A model generated the notes under the pieces. The model did no database searches. It had not been told where the DNA came from and was given only the letters and a program-made list of their open reading frames with translations. Positions 9,595 to 19,005 of a stretch of 64,000 nt of DNA are shown piece after piece. This DNA is from an uncultured Gemmatimonadales bacterium (lineage in GTDB: Bacteria; Gemmatimonadota; Gemmatimonadetes; Longimicrobiales; RSA9), in NCBI GenBank assembly GCA_963741945.1, contig CAVUKA010000001.1, forward strand, positions 832,001 through 896,000. Direction: 5' to 3'. Each line of letters starts with the position of its first letter. Within the stretch, counting starts at the first letter, position 1. The position numbers and the translations under genes are program-made.

Positions 9595-11913
9595 TCAGAA
9601 GCTCACGGCCACAGACGCCACCGCATAGTGCAGCCACGCGAATGTGTATACCTGCTCCACGTCCGCGCCGCCCTCCACCATGCGATACCCCGCGCGGAGG
9701 CTCCACCGGTCCGACAGGTCGTAGCCGACTTTCACTGCCGCGTCCTCGGCGCGCCCGGGGCCGCCCGCGAGCGCGTCGATGTCCACACCCGCCGCCCAGC
9801 GCGGCGCGAAGCGCCAGTCGCCGGCCAGGTGGAGCAGTGGGACGAAGCCGACGTCGGTCTTCCGGCTCGTCGTCTGCCCCTGCTCCAGCGCGATCACGGC
9901 GTCCCGGACTTTCGCGGTGAACCCGACCCACGCCCGCGTCCGCGCGCCCTCGTGGAAGCGATAGCGGTACGTCAGCCGGTAGGAGTTGAACGTGTATCTC
10001 GCCTCCGTCGGCACACCCGCCGCGTAGTCCTCGCCCGCGAACGAGATCGGTGACCCCGGCACCCCCGTGGCCCGGATCGTCAGCGGGGCGACGAGCAGCC
10101 GCAGCCCATGCCGCCCCTCCGGGTTCCAGGTCACGTACAGCCGCCCGGCCGCCCACGGCCCCGCGCCGGCCAGGTCGGAGAGCGAGAAGCGCGTGGCGGT
10201 GCCGTCGTTCGGGATCTCCACGTCGTTGTAGCTCTGCCAGACGGGTCCGCCCTCGGCCTCGACGGCCCACCGGGGCGACGATGGGGCGGGCAGCGACGCG
10301 GGCAGCGTCGACTCCGGCGCCGGCGAGCCGGGTCGCGCGCTGACGAGCGCGCAGCACCCCGCCCGCTCGTCCACCGGCCCGGCCGAGTGCGTCCCGACCG
10401 GCTGCGACGCCGCCATGACGTGCGGCGGGGCGGCGCCGCCGGCGAGCAGCACCGCGAACAGCGCCGCCATTGCGCGGGCGGGCCTCCGGGCATCGTGGGC
10501 GGGCGCCCCCGGGTCCGCCGTTTCCGCTCCCGGGAGCGTTACGCGGAACTCGGTGTGTCCCGGGGTCGAGGTCAGCGCCACGGTGCCGTGATGACTCGCC
10601 GTCACCGTCCGCACGATGTCGAGCCCGAGGCCACGGCCCTCCCCCACCTCCTTCGTGGTGAAGAACGGATCGAATACCCGCTCCTGCCACTCCTCCGGGA
10701 TGCCGGGTCCATCATCGATGACCCGGACCACGACACGCCCGTCCTCCGCTCTCGCGTCGATCGCGATCCAGCCCGACTCCGCCACCGCGTCAATGGCGTT
10801 GTCCACGAGGTGCATCCACACCTGGTTCAGCTCGGACACCGACCCGTCCACCGCCGGCAGGTCCGGCGCCACGGTAAGCTCCAGCGTGGCGCCCTTGAGC
10901 GAAGCTTTCGAGTGCATGAGCGTCACCGTGTCCGCCAGGTGCTCCCCCACCCGGATCGGCTCGACCGCCGGGCCACGGTCCATGTGCGTGTGCTTCTTCA
11001 CGGCCGCCACCAGCGAGTGGATCCGCTCGGCCGCCGACACGATGTCGGCCGTGAGCGCACGCATTTCGCAGTCGGCGGCCAGGTACCGAAGGACCGGGCC
11101 CAGTTGAGTGGAGTCGACGGCCGGCGCCAGCGCTTCGAGGTCTACCACCCTGAAGCCGCGCTCCGCGAGCGGATACGCGAGTCCGGGATCGACGCCCCGC
11201 GCGCCCAGCCAGGCCGCGAGCTGGTCCTCGAGCTCCGCACGCTCCATCGGCGACAACGCCTCCCCTGCCGGCTCCCCCGCCGCCGATTCCCTCGACTGCA
11301 ACGACTCCAGCGCCCGCAGCGACGCTGCTTCCAGCCCGGCTTCGCCCAGCCCGCGAGCGGCCGCGACCAGCTCGCCCCGCATCCCGTTCAGCTCCCTTGC
11401 CGCGCGTGCGGCCGCGGAAGCGGGGTTGTTCAGCTCGTGGGCCAGCCCGGCGGACAGACGACCGAGCGCCGCCATCTTCTCCTGCCGCTTGTCGTCGGAC
11501 TTGAACACCCGCGCCCGGTCCAGCATCTCGTGCACGCACATCGCCGTGAAGTCGTAGCACGCCCGGGTCATGGCCGGGAGGTCCTCGACCCGGATGAACA
11601 CGAACTCCACCGGGCCATCCGCCACCACGTAGCCCCGGGGGTTGGTCATCCTCGAGTACGGCAGGTATCCCGTCACGCGTCCGGGCGTCACCTCCCTCAC
11701 TTCCCGCTCCACCCCGCCCTGGCTCACCCGGATGGAGAAGCGCCCCGAAACCAGCAGGAAGAGGCCCATCAGGACCTCGTCGCTCGCCCCGTGGTATACG
11801 GCTCCGTCCTGGCCGCGGTGGATTTCGCCATGGTCGAGGAGCCACTGGAGCTGCTCGCGCGGGATCCCGGCGAGGGGAGGCAGCGCCACGATCCGGTCGA
11901 TGAGGGGAGGCAT
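9595..11913 (-). CDS. cNMP-binding/histidine kinase continuing in frame into an outer-membrane beta-barrel-like protein (probably two genes; second start ~10470)
   Basis: H-box LAHELNNP, N-box NQVWMHLVDNAIDA, DDGPGI, FFTTKEVGEGRGLGL; then a signal-like MAALFAVLLAGG and an alternating beta-strand region ending in Phe. Confidence 0.75.
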   Translation of the reverse strand: MPPLIDRIVALPPLAGIPREQLQWLLDHGEIHRGQDGAVYHGASDEVLMGLFLLVSGRFSIRVSQGGVEREVREVTPGRVTGYLPYSRMTNPRGYVVADGPVEFVFIRVEDLPAMTRACYDFTAMCVHEMLDRARVFKSDDKRQEKMAALGRLSAGLAHELNNPASAAARAARELNGMRGELVAAARGLGEAGLEAASLRALESLQSRESAAGEPAGEALSPMERAELEDQLAAWLGARGVDPGLAYPLAERGFRVVDLEALAPAVDSTQLGPVLRYLAADCEMRALTADIVSAAERIHSLVAAVKKHTHMDRGPAVEPIRVGEHLADTVTLMHSKASLKGATLELTVAPDLPAVDGSVSELNQVWMHLVDNAIDAVAESGWIAIDARAEDGRVVVRVIDDGPGIPEEWQERVFDPFFTTKEVGEGRGLGLDIVRTVTASHHGTVALTSTPGHTEFRVTLPGAETADPGAPAHDARRPARAMAALFAVLLAGGAAPPHVMAASQPVGTHSAGPVDERAGCCALVSARPGSPAPESTLPASLPAPSSPRWAVEAEGGPVWQSYNDVEIPNDGTATRFSLSDLAGAGPWAAGRLYVTWNPEGRHGLRLLVAPLTIRATGVPGSPISFAGEDYAAGVPTEARYTFNSYRLTYRYRFHEGARTRAWVGFTAKVRDAVIALEQGQTTSRKTDVGFVPLLHLAGDWRFAPRWAAGVDIDALAGGPGRAEDAAVKVGYDLSDRWSLRAGYRMVEGGADVEQVYTFAWLHYAVASVAVSF

Positions 11914-12027
11914 GTCAGGTCCGGGGTTCGCGTGTAGAGGCTGGCGGAGATTGTGGCTCGCCAGGGGGCGGAGTCAACGGTTTCGTACTCCCGGCACCCC
12001 TCGGAAGAGTGGCCCGCCGCCGGCGGA

Positions 12028-12069
12028 GCTCGGCCGACCGCCCGTTCCGCTCGGCCGACCGCCCGTTCC
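12028..12069. repeat. 21-bp direct tandem duplication
   Basis: GCTCGGCCGACCGCCCGTTCC x2 in the intergenic region. Confidence 0.85.
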
Positions 12070-12206
12070 ACACGCGCGACGACCCGGCCCCCGGGAGATC
12101 GGGCCGGGGCACGTCCCGCCCAACGCGCGATACCATCCAGCTCAGGAATGCAACCTGCTGCCCTTGTCGAGCACGAGCCCGACTACGCCACCACACCCCG
12201 GATCCC

Positions 12207-13718
12207 ATGGCCCGTCTCATCCTCGACCACCGCCGGCCGCGCCTTCTCCCCGCCCTTGCCGCCACCCTCTTCCTCGCGGCCTGCGGCGGCGACCACCCCG
12301 ACCAGCCCATCGAGCGGGACCTCGCGGCCATCCAGCAGCGCGACACGCTCGTGGCCCTCGTGACTTTCAATTCCACCGGCTACTTCATCTATCGCGGCGA
12401 GCCCATGGGCTTCGAGTACGACCTCCTCCGCCAGTTCGCCAGGGACAGCGACCTCGAGTTCCGCACTGAGCTCGTCCGCGACCCCGCCAGGCTCTACGAG
12501 CAGTTGAACGCAGGCGACGGCGATGTGGTGGCCGCCCGCGTGGTCCCCACCCCGAGCGACAGCCCCAATGTGGCCTACACCCGCGCCCTCTATACCACCC
12601 GCCCCGCCACCGTCCAACGCTCCGCCCCCGCCGGAAGCGTGAATGCGCCGGAGGCCGTGGACACCATCCTCCAGCCGCGAGACTCGGCCGTGGCCCCGAC
12701 ACGCCCCCTGCGCATCGAGGCCCGTCTCGTCCGCCGCCCTGCTGATCTCGCCGGGCGTGAGGTCACCATCCCCGGCCGCGCCTTCTACGAGGATCGCCTC
12801 GTCGAGCTCGCCGACAGCCTGGACGAGGACATCACTGTCGTCGTCATGGACAGCGCCAGCTACGAGACCCTCTTCCGCCGGCTCGCGCGCGGCGAGATCC
12901 GCCTCACCGTCGCCCCCGAGAACGTGGCCAGGCTCCGCGAGAGCTACTACACCAACCTCCTCGTACAGCCCGTCGTCGGCCCCACCCACCCCGTGGTCTG
13001 GGCCATCCGCCGCAATGCGCCACGACTCCGCCAGGCCCTCGACCGCTGGATCGCCCGGGCCAACGCGGACGGCACCATTGACGAACGATACCGGACTTAC
13101 TTCCGCGACCGGCAGGGGTACGACGAGCGCGTACGGAGCGCGTATCTCACGTCAGAGACCGGACGACTCAGTCAGTTCGACTCCCTCTTCCAGGCGGCCG
13201 CCCCAGGGATCGGCTGGGACTGGCGCCTCCTCGCCGCACAGGCGTTCCAGGAATCCAGGTTCCAGCCCCACGTCCGCTCCTGGGCCGGCGCCATCGGTAT
13301 CCTCCAGCTCATGCCCGCCACTGCCCGCGAGGTCGGTGTCGCCGACCCGACAGACCCACGCCAGAACGTCCAGGGCGCAGTCCGCTACCTCGAGAAGCTC
13401 GATCGGCGATGGAGGAAGGACATCTCCGATCCCGACCAGCGCCTCTCCTTCGTCCTCGCCAGCTACAACGCCGGCGCTGGCCACGTCGACGACGCCCGCC
13501 GCCTCGCGCGGAAGAACGGCGATGATCCCGACCTGTGGGATGATGTCGCCTACTGGCTACTCCAGAAGTCCCGCAAGGAAGTCTACCGCGACCCGGTCGT
13601 CCGGTACGGCTTCTGCCGCGGCATCGAGCCCGTCACGTACGTCTCCCGCATCCGCGAACGCTTCCAGAACTACAAGCAGTTCGTCAATGACCACGCCGCC
13701 ACCACCAGCAGCGAATGA
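12207..13718 (+). CDS. mltF: Membrane-bound lytic murein transglycosylase F-like (SBP + SLT domain)
   Basis: Lipobox LAAC; YFIYRGEPMGFEYDL; SLT motifs QESRF, GAIGILQLMP, LASYNAG. Confidence 0.85.
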   Translation: MARLILDHRRPRLLPALAATLFLAACGGDHPDQPIERDLAAIQQRDTLVALVTFNSTGYFIYRGEPMGFEYDLLRQFARDSDLEFRTELVRDPARLYEQLNAGDGDVVAARVVPTPSDSPNVAYTRALYTTRPATVQRSAPAGSVNAPEAVDTILQPRDSAVAPTRPLRIEARLVRRPADLAGREVTIPGRAFYEDRLVELADSLDEDITVVVMDSASYETLFRRLARGEIRLTVAPENVARLRESYYTNLLVQPVVGPTHPVVWAIRRNAPRLRQALDRWIARANADGTIDERYRTYFRDRQGYDERVRSAYLTSETGRLSQFDSLFQAAAPGIGWDWRLLAAQAFQESRFQPHVRSWAGAIGILQLMPATAREVGVADPTDPRQNVQGAVRYLEKLDRRWRKDISDPDQRLSFVLASYNAGAGHVDDARRLARKNGDDPDLWDDVAYWLLQKSRKEVYRDPVVRYGFCRGIEPVTYVSRIRERFQNYKQFVNDHAATTSSE

Positions 13719-13909
13719 GGCTGGCGCTCCCGGGTCTGGATCGCCGTCACGACGCCGGACTCATGTCAGCACCGCTTCCACCTCCCGCTCCGGATTGAAC
13801 CGCGCCGGGTTTTCCGGAAACCGGTTTACGTGAGTGCCGCGACGGATACGATCGTAGCCCACTGGGACGGATATTCCTGTTGCTCATGACGCCAATCTCG
13901 TCCGGACGG

Positions 13910-14083
13910 CTATGTCTTCAGTCTTGCTGAAACCTCCAGCAGCTCCCGGATCCGCAGCAGCTCCGCGTGCATTCCCTTGACCGAGCTGACCAGCAGCCAC
14001 GCCATCCAGAGCAGGAATCCCCAGAACAGGAGCCCCACTACCAGGGTCAGAGCGAACCAGACGCTTTGAAAACCACCCATCAT
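13910..14083 (-). CDS. Small single-TM hypothetical protein (57 aa)
   Basis: MMGGFQSVWFALTLVVGLLFWGFLLWMAWLLV...; GGAGG upstream; ATGA overlap with the upstream ORF. Confidence 0.6.
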   Translation of the reverse strand: MMGGFQSVWFALTLVVGLLFWGFLLWMAWLLVSSVKGMHAELLRIRELLEVSARLKT

Positions 14084-14247
14084 TCCTCCTGATTCCGGCG
14101 GACAAGGGAGTAGTACGCCCAGTGCTGCACCACAGCCGAGAGGATCAACCCGATGACCACAACGGAATCCCATTCCGTCCGGAACCCCGCGACGATCCAC
14201 AGGATCAGATTGACTTCGATCGCCAAAAACAACCGCCGGTGATTCAC
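14080..14247 (-). CDS. Small two-TM hypothetical protein (55 aa), absent from the ORF track
   Basis: CAGGAGGctccGTG start; MNHRRLFLAIEVNLILWIVAGFRTEWDSVVVIGLILSAVVQHWAYYSLVRRNQEE*; stop overlaps next ATG. Confidence 0.55.
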   Translation of the reverse strand: MNHRRLFLAIEVNLILWIVAGFRTEWDSVVVIGLILSAVVQHWAYYSLVRRNQEE

Positions 14248-14358
14248 GGAGCCTCCTGTGACTGTTCGGATGCCTTCACTTCATGACGTTTCAACGGCTT
14301 GCGACCACGAGCGCCGATCGCCTCAAGCGCTTGGCCGCCGCCAGAAGCGGATTTGAGA

Positions 14359-14458
14359 CGACGTTTCCAGGTTGGCGACCCGCCACGCCGGGACCTTCAG
14401 CGCGAGACCACCTTCGAACCTGCACTTCCGTCACCAGCTCCAACACGGCCGCGGCGGG
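14359..14458. repeat. Degenerate attC-like repeat (left arm and central stem only)
   Basis: cgACGTTTCCAGGTTGGCGACCCGCCACGCC...CGCGGCGGG matches intact copies; TAAC mutated, right arm missing. A shorter remnant lies at 14284-14306. Confidence 0.75.
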
Positions 14459-14762
14459 CCTTTCGACCGCCCCGACTATCACCTTGACTCTGTGGTCGGC
14501 AATGGCAGCTGCCCCATCATCGACGCGAGTGTCTCGGCAACGGCCGCGGGGCTCCTCCTTGCCAGCGGTAGTTCAGCAACCCTGCCCCATTCTGGAGGGT
14601 TCCGAACGGCCAGAACCCACTCTGCATCCCGGGTTCAGCCCCTTTGATACAATGGAGGGGGAAGCCCCTGTTTGTTCTCCGACGTGCGTCGCCTTGTTTC
14701 CCTGATCACTGCCAGCGCTCCCCTCACCCTCTCCGCCAACGAGGGGGCCGCATGCATGGACC

Positions 14763-15362
14763 CTACGTTCCCCCGCAATTCCGCTGGACCTTGACAACCT
14801 CCGCCACCCGCGCCCCCAATTTCCGACCTTTCGCCATGAAGATTGACTCGATCGACGCGGCCACGGCCGTGTCCCCGAACGGGGGCTCGACGGTGACGGC
14901 GGATGCACCGAATGCCTCCGTCCAGGTCGGCCCGCCAACGACGAGCATGTTATAGATCAGCATCGCCCGGAGGATGGCGAGTTGGACGGTCTCTTCGCCC
15001 GCAGAGATTCCTCCCGCCGTGACAAACGCCGCCCCAACCTTGTCCCGCATCTCGCCGTTGAACGGAAGCGATCCCAGAAACTCCACAATCGGGGCAGCGA
15101 TGTTGGCCGCGTGGACGGGGCTGCCGACGATCAGAGCGTCAGCCCATAGCACGTCGACCCGCGAGGCGCTATCAACGGATAACAGCCGTACATCGGCCCC
15201 CGCGATACCGCGGGCTCCGGCTGCGACGGCTTCGGCCATTCGTTCCGTGTGCCCCGTCTCGCTGTGGTAGACGACCAGGATGTGCTGACACGCGGCCGCT
15301 TCCGGCAACGCAGAAAGCAGAATACCCATAACCCATAGCCTGCGTGCTGCCCGCCAAGTCAT
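14763..15362 (-). CDS. Flavodoxin/WrbA-like NAD(P)H oxidoreductase with signal-like N-terminus
   Basis: ILVVYHSETGHTERMAEAVA, DALIVGSPV, KVGAAFVTAGGISAGEE. Confidence 0.85.
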   Translation of the reverse strand: MTWRAARRLWVMGILLSALPEAAACQHILVVYHSETGHTERMAEAVAAGARGIAGADVRLLSVDSASRVDVLWADALIVGSPVHAANIAAPIVEFLGSLPFNGEMRDKVGAAFVTAGGISAGEETVQLAILRAMLIYNMLVVGGPTWTEAFGASAVTVEPPFGDTAVAASIESIFMAKGRKLGARVAEVVKVQRNCGGT

Positions 15363-15584
15363 AGGGTCCTCCCCGGTTTGACGGAATCCCACGTGTGCCT
15401 CCAACCCCGGCACCCTTCTGACGGGGCCGCCCGCGCCTGCGGCGCTCCGAACCTCGACCTCACCCTCCGACGGGAGTGTCCATTTTCAAACCGTTGCTGC
15501 TGTCCAGCTTACAACCGATGGTGACACCGTCGCCTATCCTCGCCAGCACCTCTCCCGCCCACGGAAATATTGTCCGCTCGTTCT

Positions 15585-16082
15585 CTACCCTGCTATTCGC
15601 CACCGGGGCAACCACCGCTTCACACGGGCTCGATAGGCCTCGTATTCGCCGCCAAACGTCCGCTCCAGCGTCGGCTCCTCATAGGCGCGGACGAACACAT
15701 GGGCAACCCCAAGGAACAGCAGCGCATACGCTGCCAGGGCGACCGACCTGTAGACCAGCGCTGCCCCGAAGAGAGCCACTACCGCACCCAGGTACATGGG
15801 ATTGCGCACCCACCGATACGGTCCCGACACCACCAGTTGACGAGGAGAATCAAAGGGCGCAGGCGTCCCCCGCCCTACGAACGTAAACGCCAGCACGCAC
15901 CACACGGCAACCACCGCTCCTGCAATCAAGATCATGATCCCCACTGATTCGGCTATGCCTATGGCATCCGGCGGCGTGATCCCCGCCCAGCTCAGCACTC
16001 GAGCCGGAAGAAAGACCAAGAACAGAGCCACAAACAGCGATCCCCAGGTCAGAGTCCGGATCACGACGAAGATCGCATCCAT
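15585..16082 (-). CDS. Isoprenylcysteine carboxyl/phospholipid methyltransferase family membrane protein
   Basis: GRGTPAPFDSPRQLVVSGPYRWVRNPMY, EEPTLERTFGGEYEAY...RWLPR. Confidence 0.88.
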   Translation of the reverse strand: MDAIFVVIRTLTWGSLFVALFLVFLPARVLSWAGITPPDAIGIAESVGIMILIAGAVVAVWCVLAFTFVGRGTPAPFDSPRQLVVSGPYRWVRNPMYLGAVVALFGAALVYRSVALAAYALLFLGVAHVFVRAYEEPTLERTFGGEYEAYRARVKRWLPRWRIAG

Positions 16083-16185
16083 GCTCTCCCCTCTCTCTTC
16101 TCAGCGCCGATCGAATCCACCGCCTCTCCTCCTCGCCTGGCCCACCACCGCATCAAAGCGACCGCAGGCGCAGGATTATTTCGGC

Positions 16186-16229
16186 TAACATTCCCAGGTT
16201 GGCGACCCGCCGCGCCCAAGCATCCAGCG
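16186..16229. repeat. Truncated attC-like repeat (left arm) abutting IS110 remnant
   Basis: TAACATTCCCAGGTTGGCGACCCGCCGCGCC, followed within a few bases by the transposase ATG. Confidence 0.85.
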
Positions 16230-16236
16230 GCGCACC

Positions 16237-17025
16237 ATGCTGCACACGGGGATCGATCTGCATAAGCGCACCTGCGTTCTGGCCACGGTGGACGCCGACG
16301 GCGAAGTCGTGGCCGAAGCGGAGCTCCGAACCCGTCGGGCGGCCATCGCCCGCTACTTCGCGCAGCTCCCGCCGCACCGAGCCACAGTCGAAGCCACCAG
16401 CAGCTGGTACTGGATCCGGGACCTGCTGGAGGCCCACATGATCTCCGCTGAGCTCCGACCGCTCCGCGACGTGATGCGGACCCGGCTCCGCCTGATCCAG
16501 AAAGAGGTCGGGACTCGAAACAGCATTCACCGGCTCCCCGAGAAGCACAACGTTCGCAGTGTCGCGGACCTGCCGCCCATGGCCCAGCTCCAGGCCGCCT
16601 GCCACCGCGAGCAGAGGGAGCTTCTCCGGGAGCACGTCCGCCGACTCGAGAAGAGCCTCCACCCGCACCTGGTGCCTGACCCCGATGTCCAGCGGCTGCT
16701 TGCGATCCCCGGGATCGGCAAGGTCGGCGCCTGGAGGCAAGGACCGGCACCGGCACTCCAGGGACGGCAACAAATACCTGAAGATCGTCTTCTCGAACGC
16801 CGCGGTCCGCGCGATCCAGTACAACCCCGAGATCCGGAGCTGGTACGAACGGAAGGCGCGGAAAAAGAACCGGGCTGTGGCCGGGCTCTCGTCGCGAAGG
16901 AACTCGCTCGTATCGTCTACCATGTCCTCTCGAAGCGGGAGGACTTCAACCATCGCTTCAAAGGCATCCCGCTCCAGCGGCGGAAAAAGCAGGAGTGGCC
17001 ACGTCGGTCAAGCCCGGGCAGCTAA
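16237..17025 (+). pseudogene. IS110-family transposase, internally deleted and frameshifted
   Basis: GIDLHK, VEATSSWYW, LLAIPGIG; C-terminal part (GNKYLK...AAVRA...WYERK) in another frame, then VAKELARIVYHVL; much shorter than full-length IS110 transposases. Confidence 0.88.
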
Positions 17026-17311
17026 CTGGATCGGCTTTCGCCGAGTACCGCCCCGTTTGATTGGGAAGACCGACGTCGAGCCGCCGGACGTATCTGGGAC
17101 CGCTCCGCAGAGCGACCGCTGAAATGAGCAGCGGTGAGCCCGAAATGGTGTTTGGACGCCACTCCACGTCCGATTCGATACCCACTCCGGCCCGGCCAGA
17201 CCTGCCGTCGCTCGCGGAATCGAGAAGCGTCGCACGATCGAAAAGCGAATCAGAATCTCTGATTCCGCAGAGGATCATCGTGCTCCTTGACGAAGGACTT
17301 GTTAATGGTGT
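17026..17311 (+). ncRNA. IS110/IS1111-type 3' non-coding end, candidate bridge/seek RNA
   Basis: ~285-bp non-coding tract after the transposase, with hairpins (ACCGCT...AGCGGT), an internal AATGGTGT identical to the element end, and a terminal TTGAC. Confidence 0.5.
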
Positions 17312-17363
17312 CAGGCGGTGTCCGCAAATCCAGGCCTTTCGCTCCGCAAACCGCCTCTCGCTC

Positions 17364-17393
17364 TTGAACTGCCGATCCCCTCCTGGGTATCAT
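17364..17393 (+). promoter_or_regulatory. Putative sigma70 promoter of inverted TA cassette
   Basis: TTGAAC-18bp-TATCAT followed by AGGAGG and ATG 17412. Confidence 0.5.
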
Positions 17394-17411
17394 CCGGCCA
17401 AGGAGGATCTC

Positions 17412-17630
17412 ATGACCGAACTACTCAAGAAGGCTTTCGACGAAGCGTCCAAACTCCCCAGCGAGCAGCAGGACGCCATCGCCGCTCTACTCCTGGAGGA
17501 GCTCGAGTCCGATCGAAACTGGGATCGGACCTTTGAAAACTCCCAGGACGACTTGGCGAAGCTCGCGAACGAAGCCCTCGCCGAAGACGCACGAGGTGAG
17601 ACGGAAAACCTCGACCCGTCCAAGCTTTGA
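17412..17630 (+). CDS. Putative type II antitoxin (72 aa)
   Basis: Acidic MTELLKKAFDEASKLPSEQQDAIA...WDRTF...LAKLANEAL; overlaps toxin start. Confidence 0.8.
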   Translation: MTELLKKAFDEASKLPSEQQDAIAALLLEELESDRNWDRTFENSQDDLAKLANEALAEDARGETENLDPSKL

Positions 17631-17896
17631 CCTCCCGCACCACTTCATCTTTTCGGAAGGCCTATTCCTCACTTCCTACCGACGTCCAGGAGCGGGCTCG
17701 CGAGGCCTTCGACCTCTTCTCCGCCAATCCGGCTCATCCGAGCCTGCAGTTCAAGCAGGTTCACGCGACCGAGCCGATCTTCTCAGCCCGCATATCGCTC
17801 CACTACAGAGCCTTGGCCCGCCGCGCCGACGATGACTGGATCTGGTTCTGGATCGGCTCACACGCCGACTATGACCAACTCTTGAAGCGCCTGTAG
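17627..17896 (+). CDS. RelE/ParE-superfamily toxin
   Basis: F..AY..LP..VQ..A...F..NP.HPSL.FK...SARI...YRAL...WFWIGSHADYD pattern. Confidence 0.82.
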   Translation: MTSRTTSSFRKAYSSLPTDVQERAREAFDLFSANPAHPSLQFKQVHATEPIFSARISLHYRALARRADDDWIWFWIGSHADYDQLLKRL

Positions 17897-17915
17897 CTCT
17901 GAAGCGGATGCCGCA

Positions 17916-18062
17916 TAACGTTTCCAGGCTACCGACCCGGCCCACCATGAACTGCAGGGCCGCGGCGAGTTTCGAATCCACACGCGCCCACCGAACGGCG
18001 CAACATTGCGGGCCGGGTACTCCGCAGCGACCGAAGGGAGCGGAGGCGCTAGCCGTCTGTTA
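17916..18062. repeat. attC-like recombination site (147 bp)
   Basis: TAACGTTTCCAGGCTACCGACCCGGCCC...GGGCCGGG...GGCGCTAGCCGTCTGTTA. Confidence 0.88.
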
Positions 18063-18241
18063 TCCGCTGCGCCTCCATCAGCCGCCTCTCCGTCCGCGTG
18101 TTCGCGTGCCCGGCGAAGCAGTTCCGAGTGTCGAAAGAACTGCCGGACCCGAGGTGGCTCGCCTCGGCGGGGCCCGCCTGCTCGAGAACGTGATCAAAAT
18201 CAAATTGATTTCGCTGTCTCCGTCTTGGAGGCGCTTGCGGC
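18063..18241. other. ORF-less cassette (179 bp) with internal hairpins
   Basis: Bounded by two repeats, has its own terminal inverted repeat, no convincing start codon/ORF. Confidence 0.7.
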
Positions 18242-18386
18242 TAACGTCTCCAGGTTGGCGACCCGCCGCGCCGATACCTCTAGCACGCGATCACCTTCGA
18301 AACAGCGGCAGCCTCACCAGCTTCAACACGGTCGCGGCGGGTTCTCCGGAGCGGCCGCAGGCCGCGCAGGCGCCAACCGTTTGTTA
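18242..18386. repeat. attC-like recombination site (145 bp)
   Basis: TAACGTCTCCAGGTTGGCGACCCGCCGCG...CGCGGCGGGTTCTCCGGAGCGGCCGCAGGCCGCGCAGGCGCCAACCGTTTGTTA. Confidence 0.9.
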
Positions 18387-18418
18387 ACCGCCGTGTTCTG
18401 CCCACAGCCTGGCGGACG

Positions 18419-18715
18419 TCACCTCCGGGCCTGCCAACGCTTCGGATCGCGGCGGGAATGGAAAACGGAGAGTACCACGATCTCTTCCGCGCTCACTCTG
18501 AAGAGAATGGCATATGGGAATCGCCGAACAACGGCCCTCCGGACATCCCGATACAGAATGGGAAATCGGAGAGGATTCCGCTGGATCGCTGAGAAAGCCG
18601 CATCGATGACGCGGACGAATTCCGCTCCCAAGCCCAAGGAACGCTCCGAATACCACGCTGCGGCTTCCTCGAGTTCGGCGTCGGCCGCAGGGCGAACAAC
18701 GAAGCGGCGGCTCAC
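18419..18715 (-). CDS. RelE/ParE family toxin
   Basis: PAADAELEEAAAWY....GLGAEF, RRAVVRRFPYAILF, VFHSRRDP. Confidence 0.9.
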   Translation of the reverse strand: MSRRFVVRPAADAELEEAAAWYSERSLGLGAEFVRVIDAAFSAIQRNPLRFPILYRDVRRAVVRRFPYAILFRVSAEEIVVLSVFHSRRDPKRWQARR

Positions 18716-18936
18716 CCGTACTTCTTGTACAACCGCTCCCGGACTTCCTCCCAGGGAATAGCAGAATCCGGGTCCGCTTCATGTTCTGCCAGCCTACGGT
18801 CCAGTTCCGCCTTCTGGGCCTCAGTTAATGGATAGGCGTCCGCGTCCGTAGCGATGCTGTCCCACAGGTCCTCCACCAACTGAATCCGCTCAGCGACCGA
18901 CAGCTTGAGCAGTTCCTCGATTGGTACACTCGACAT
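18712..18936 (-). CDS. Putative addiction module antitoxin (TIGR02574-like)
   Basis: LSVAERIQLVEDLWDSI...LTEAQKAELDRRL...IPWEEV; overlaps toxin start. Confidence 0.9.
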   Translation of the reverse strand: MSSVPIEELLKLSVAERIQLVEDLWDSIATDADAYPLTEAQKAELDRRLAEHEADPDSAIPWEEVRERLYKKYG

Positions 18937-19005
18937 CCGCAAGCTCCTTCCCTGAAGTCCCTTGCTCCTAATCTGCTACAGAAACGCCGAGTGGAACATG
19001 GGGGT

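Noticed and set aside
15410-15580. Possible further eroded repeat between flavodoxin and methyltransferase genes
   Set aside because: Only weak fragments (e.g. AACCGTTGCTG); no supportable alignment by eye.
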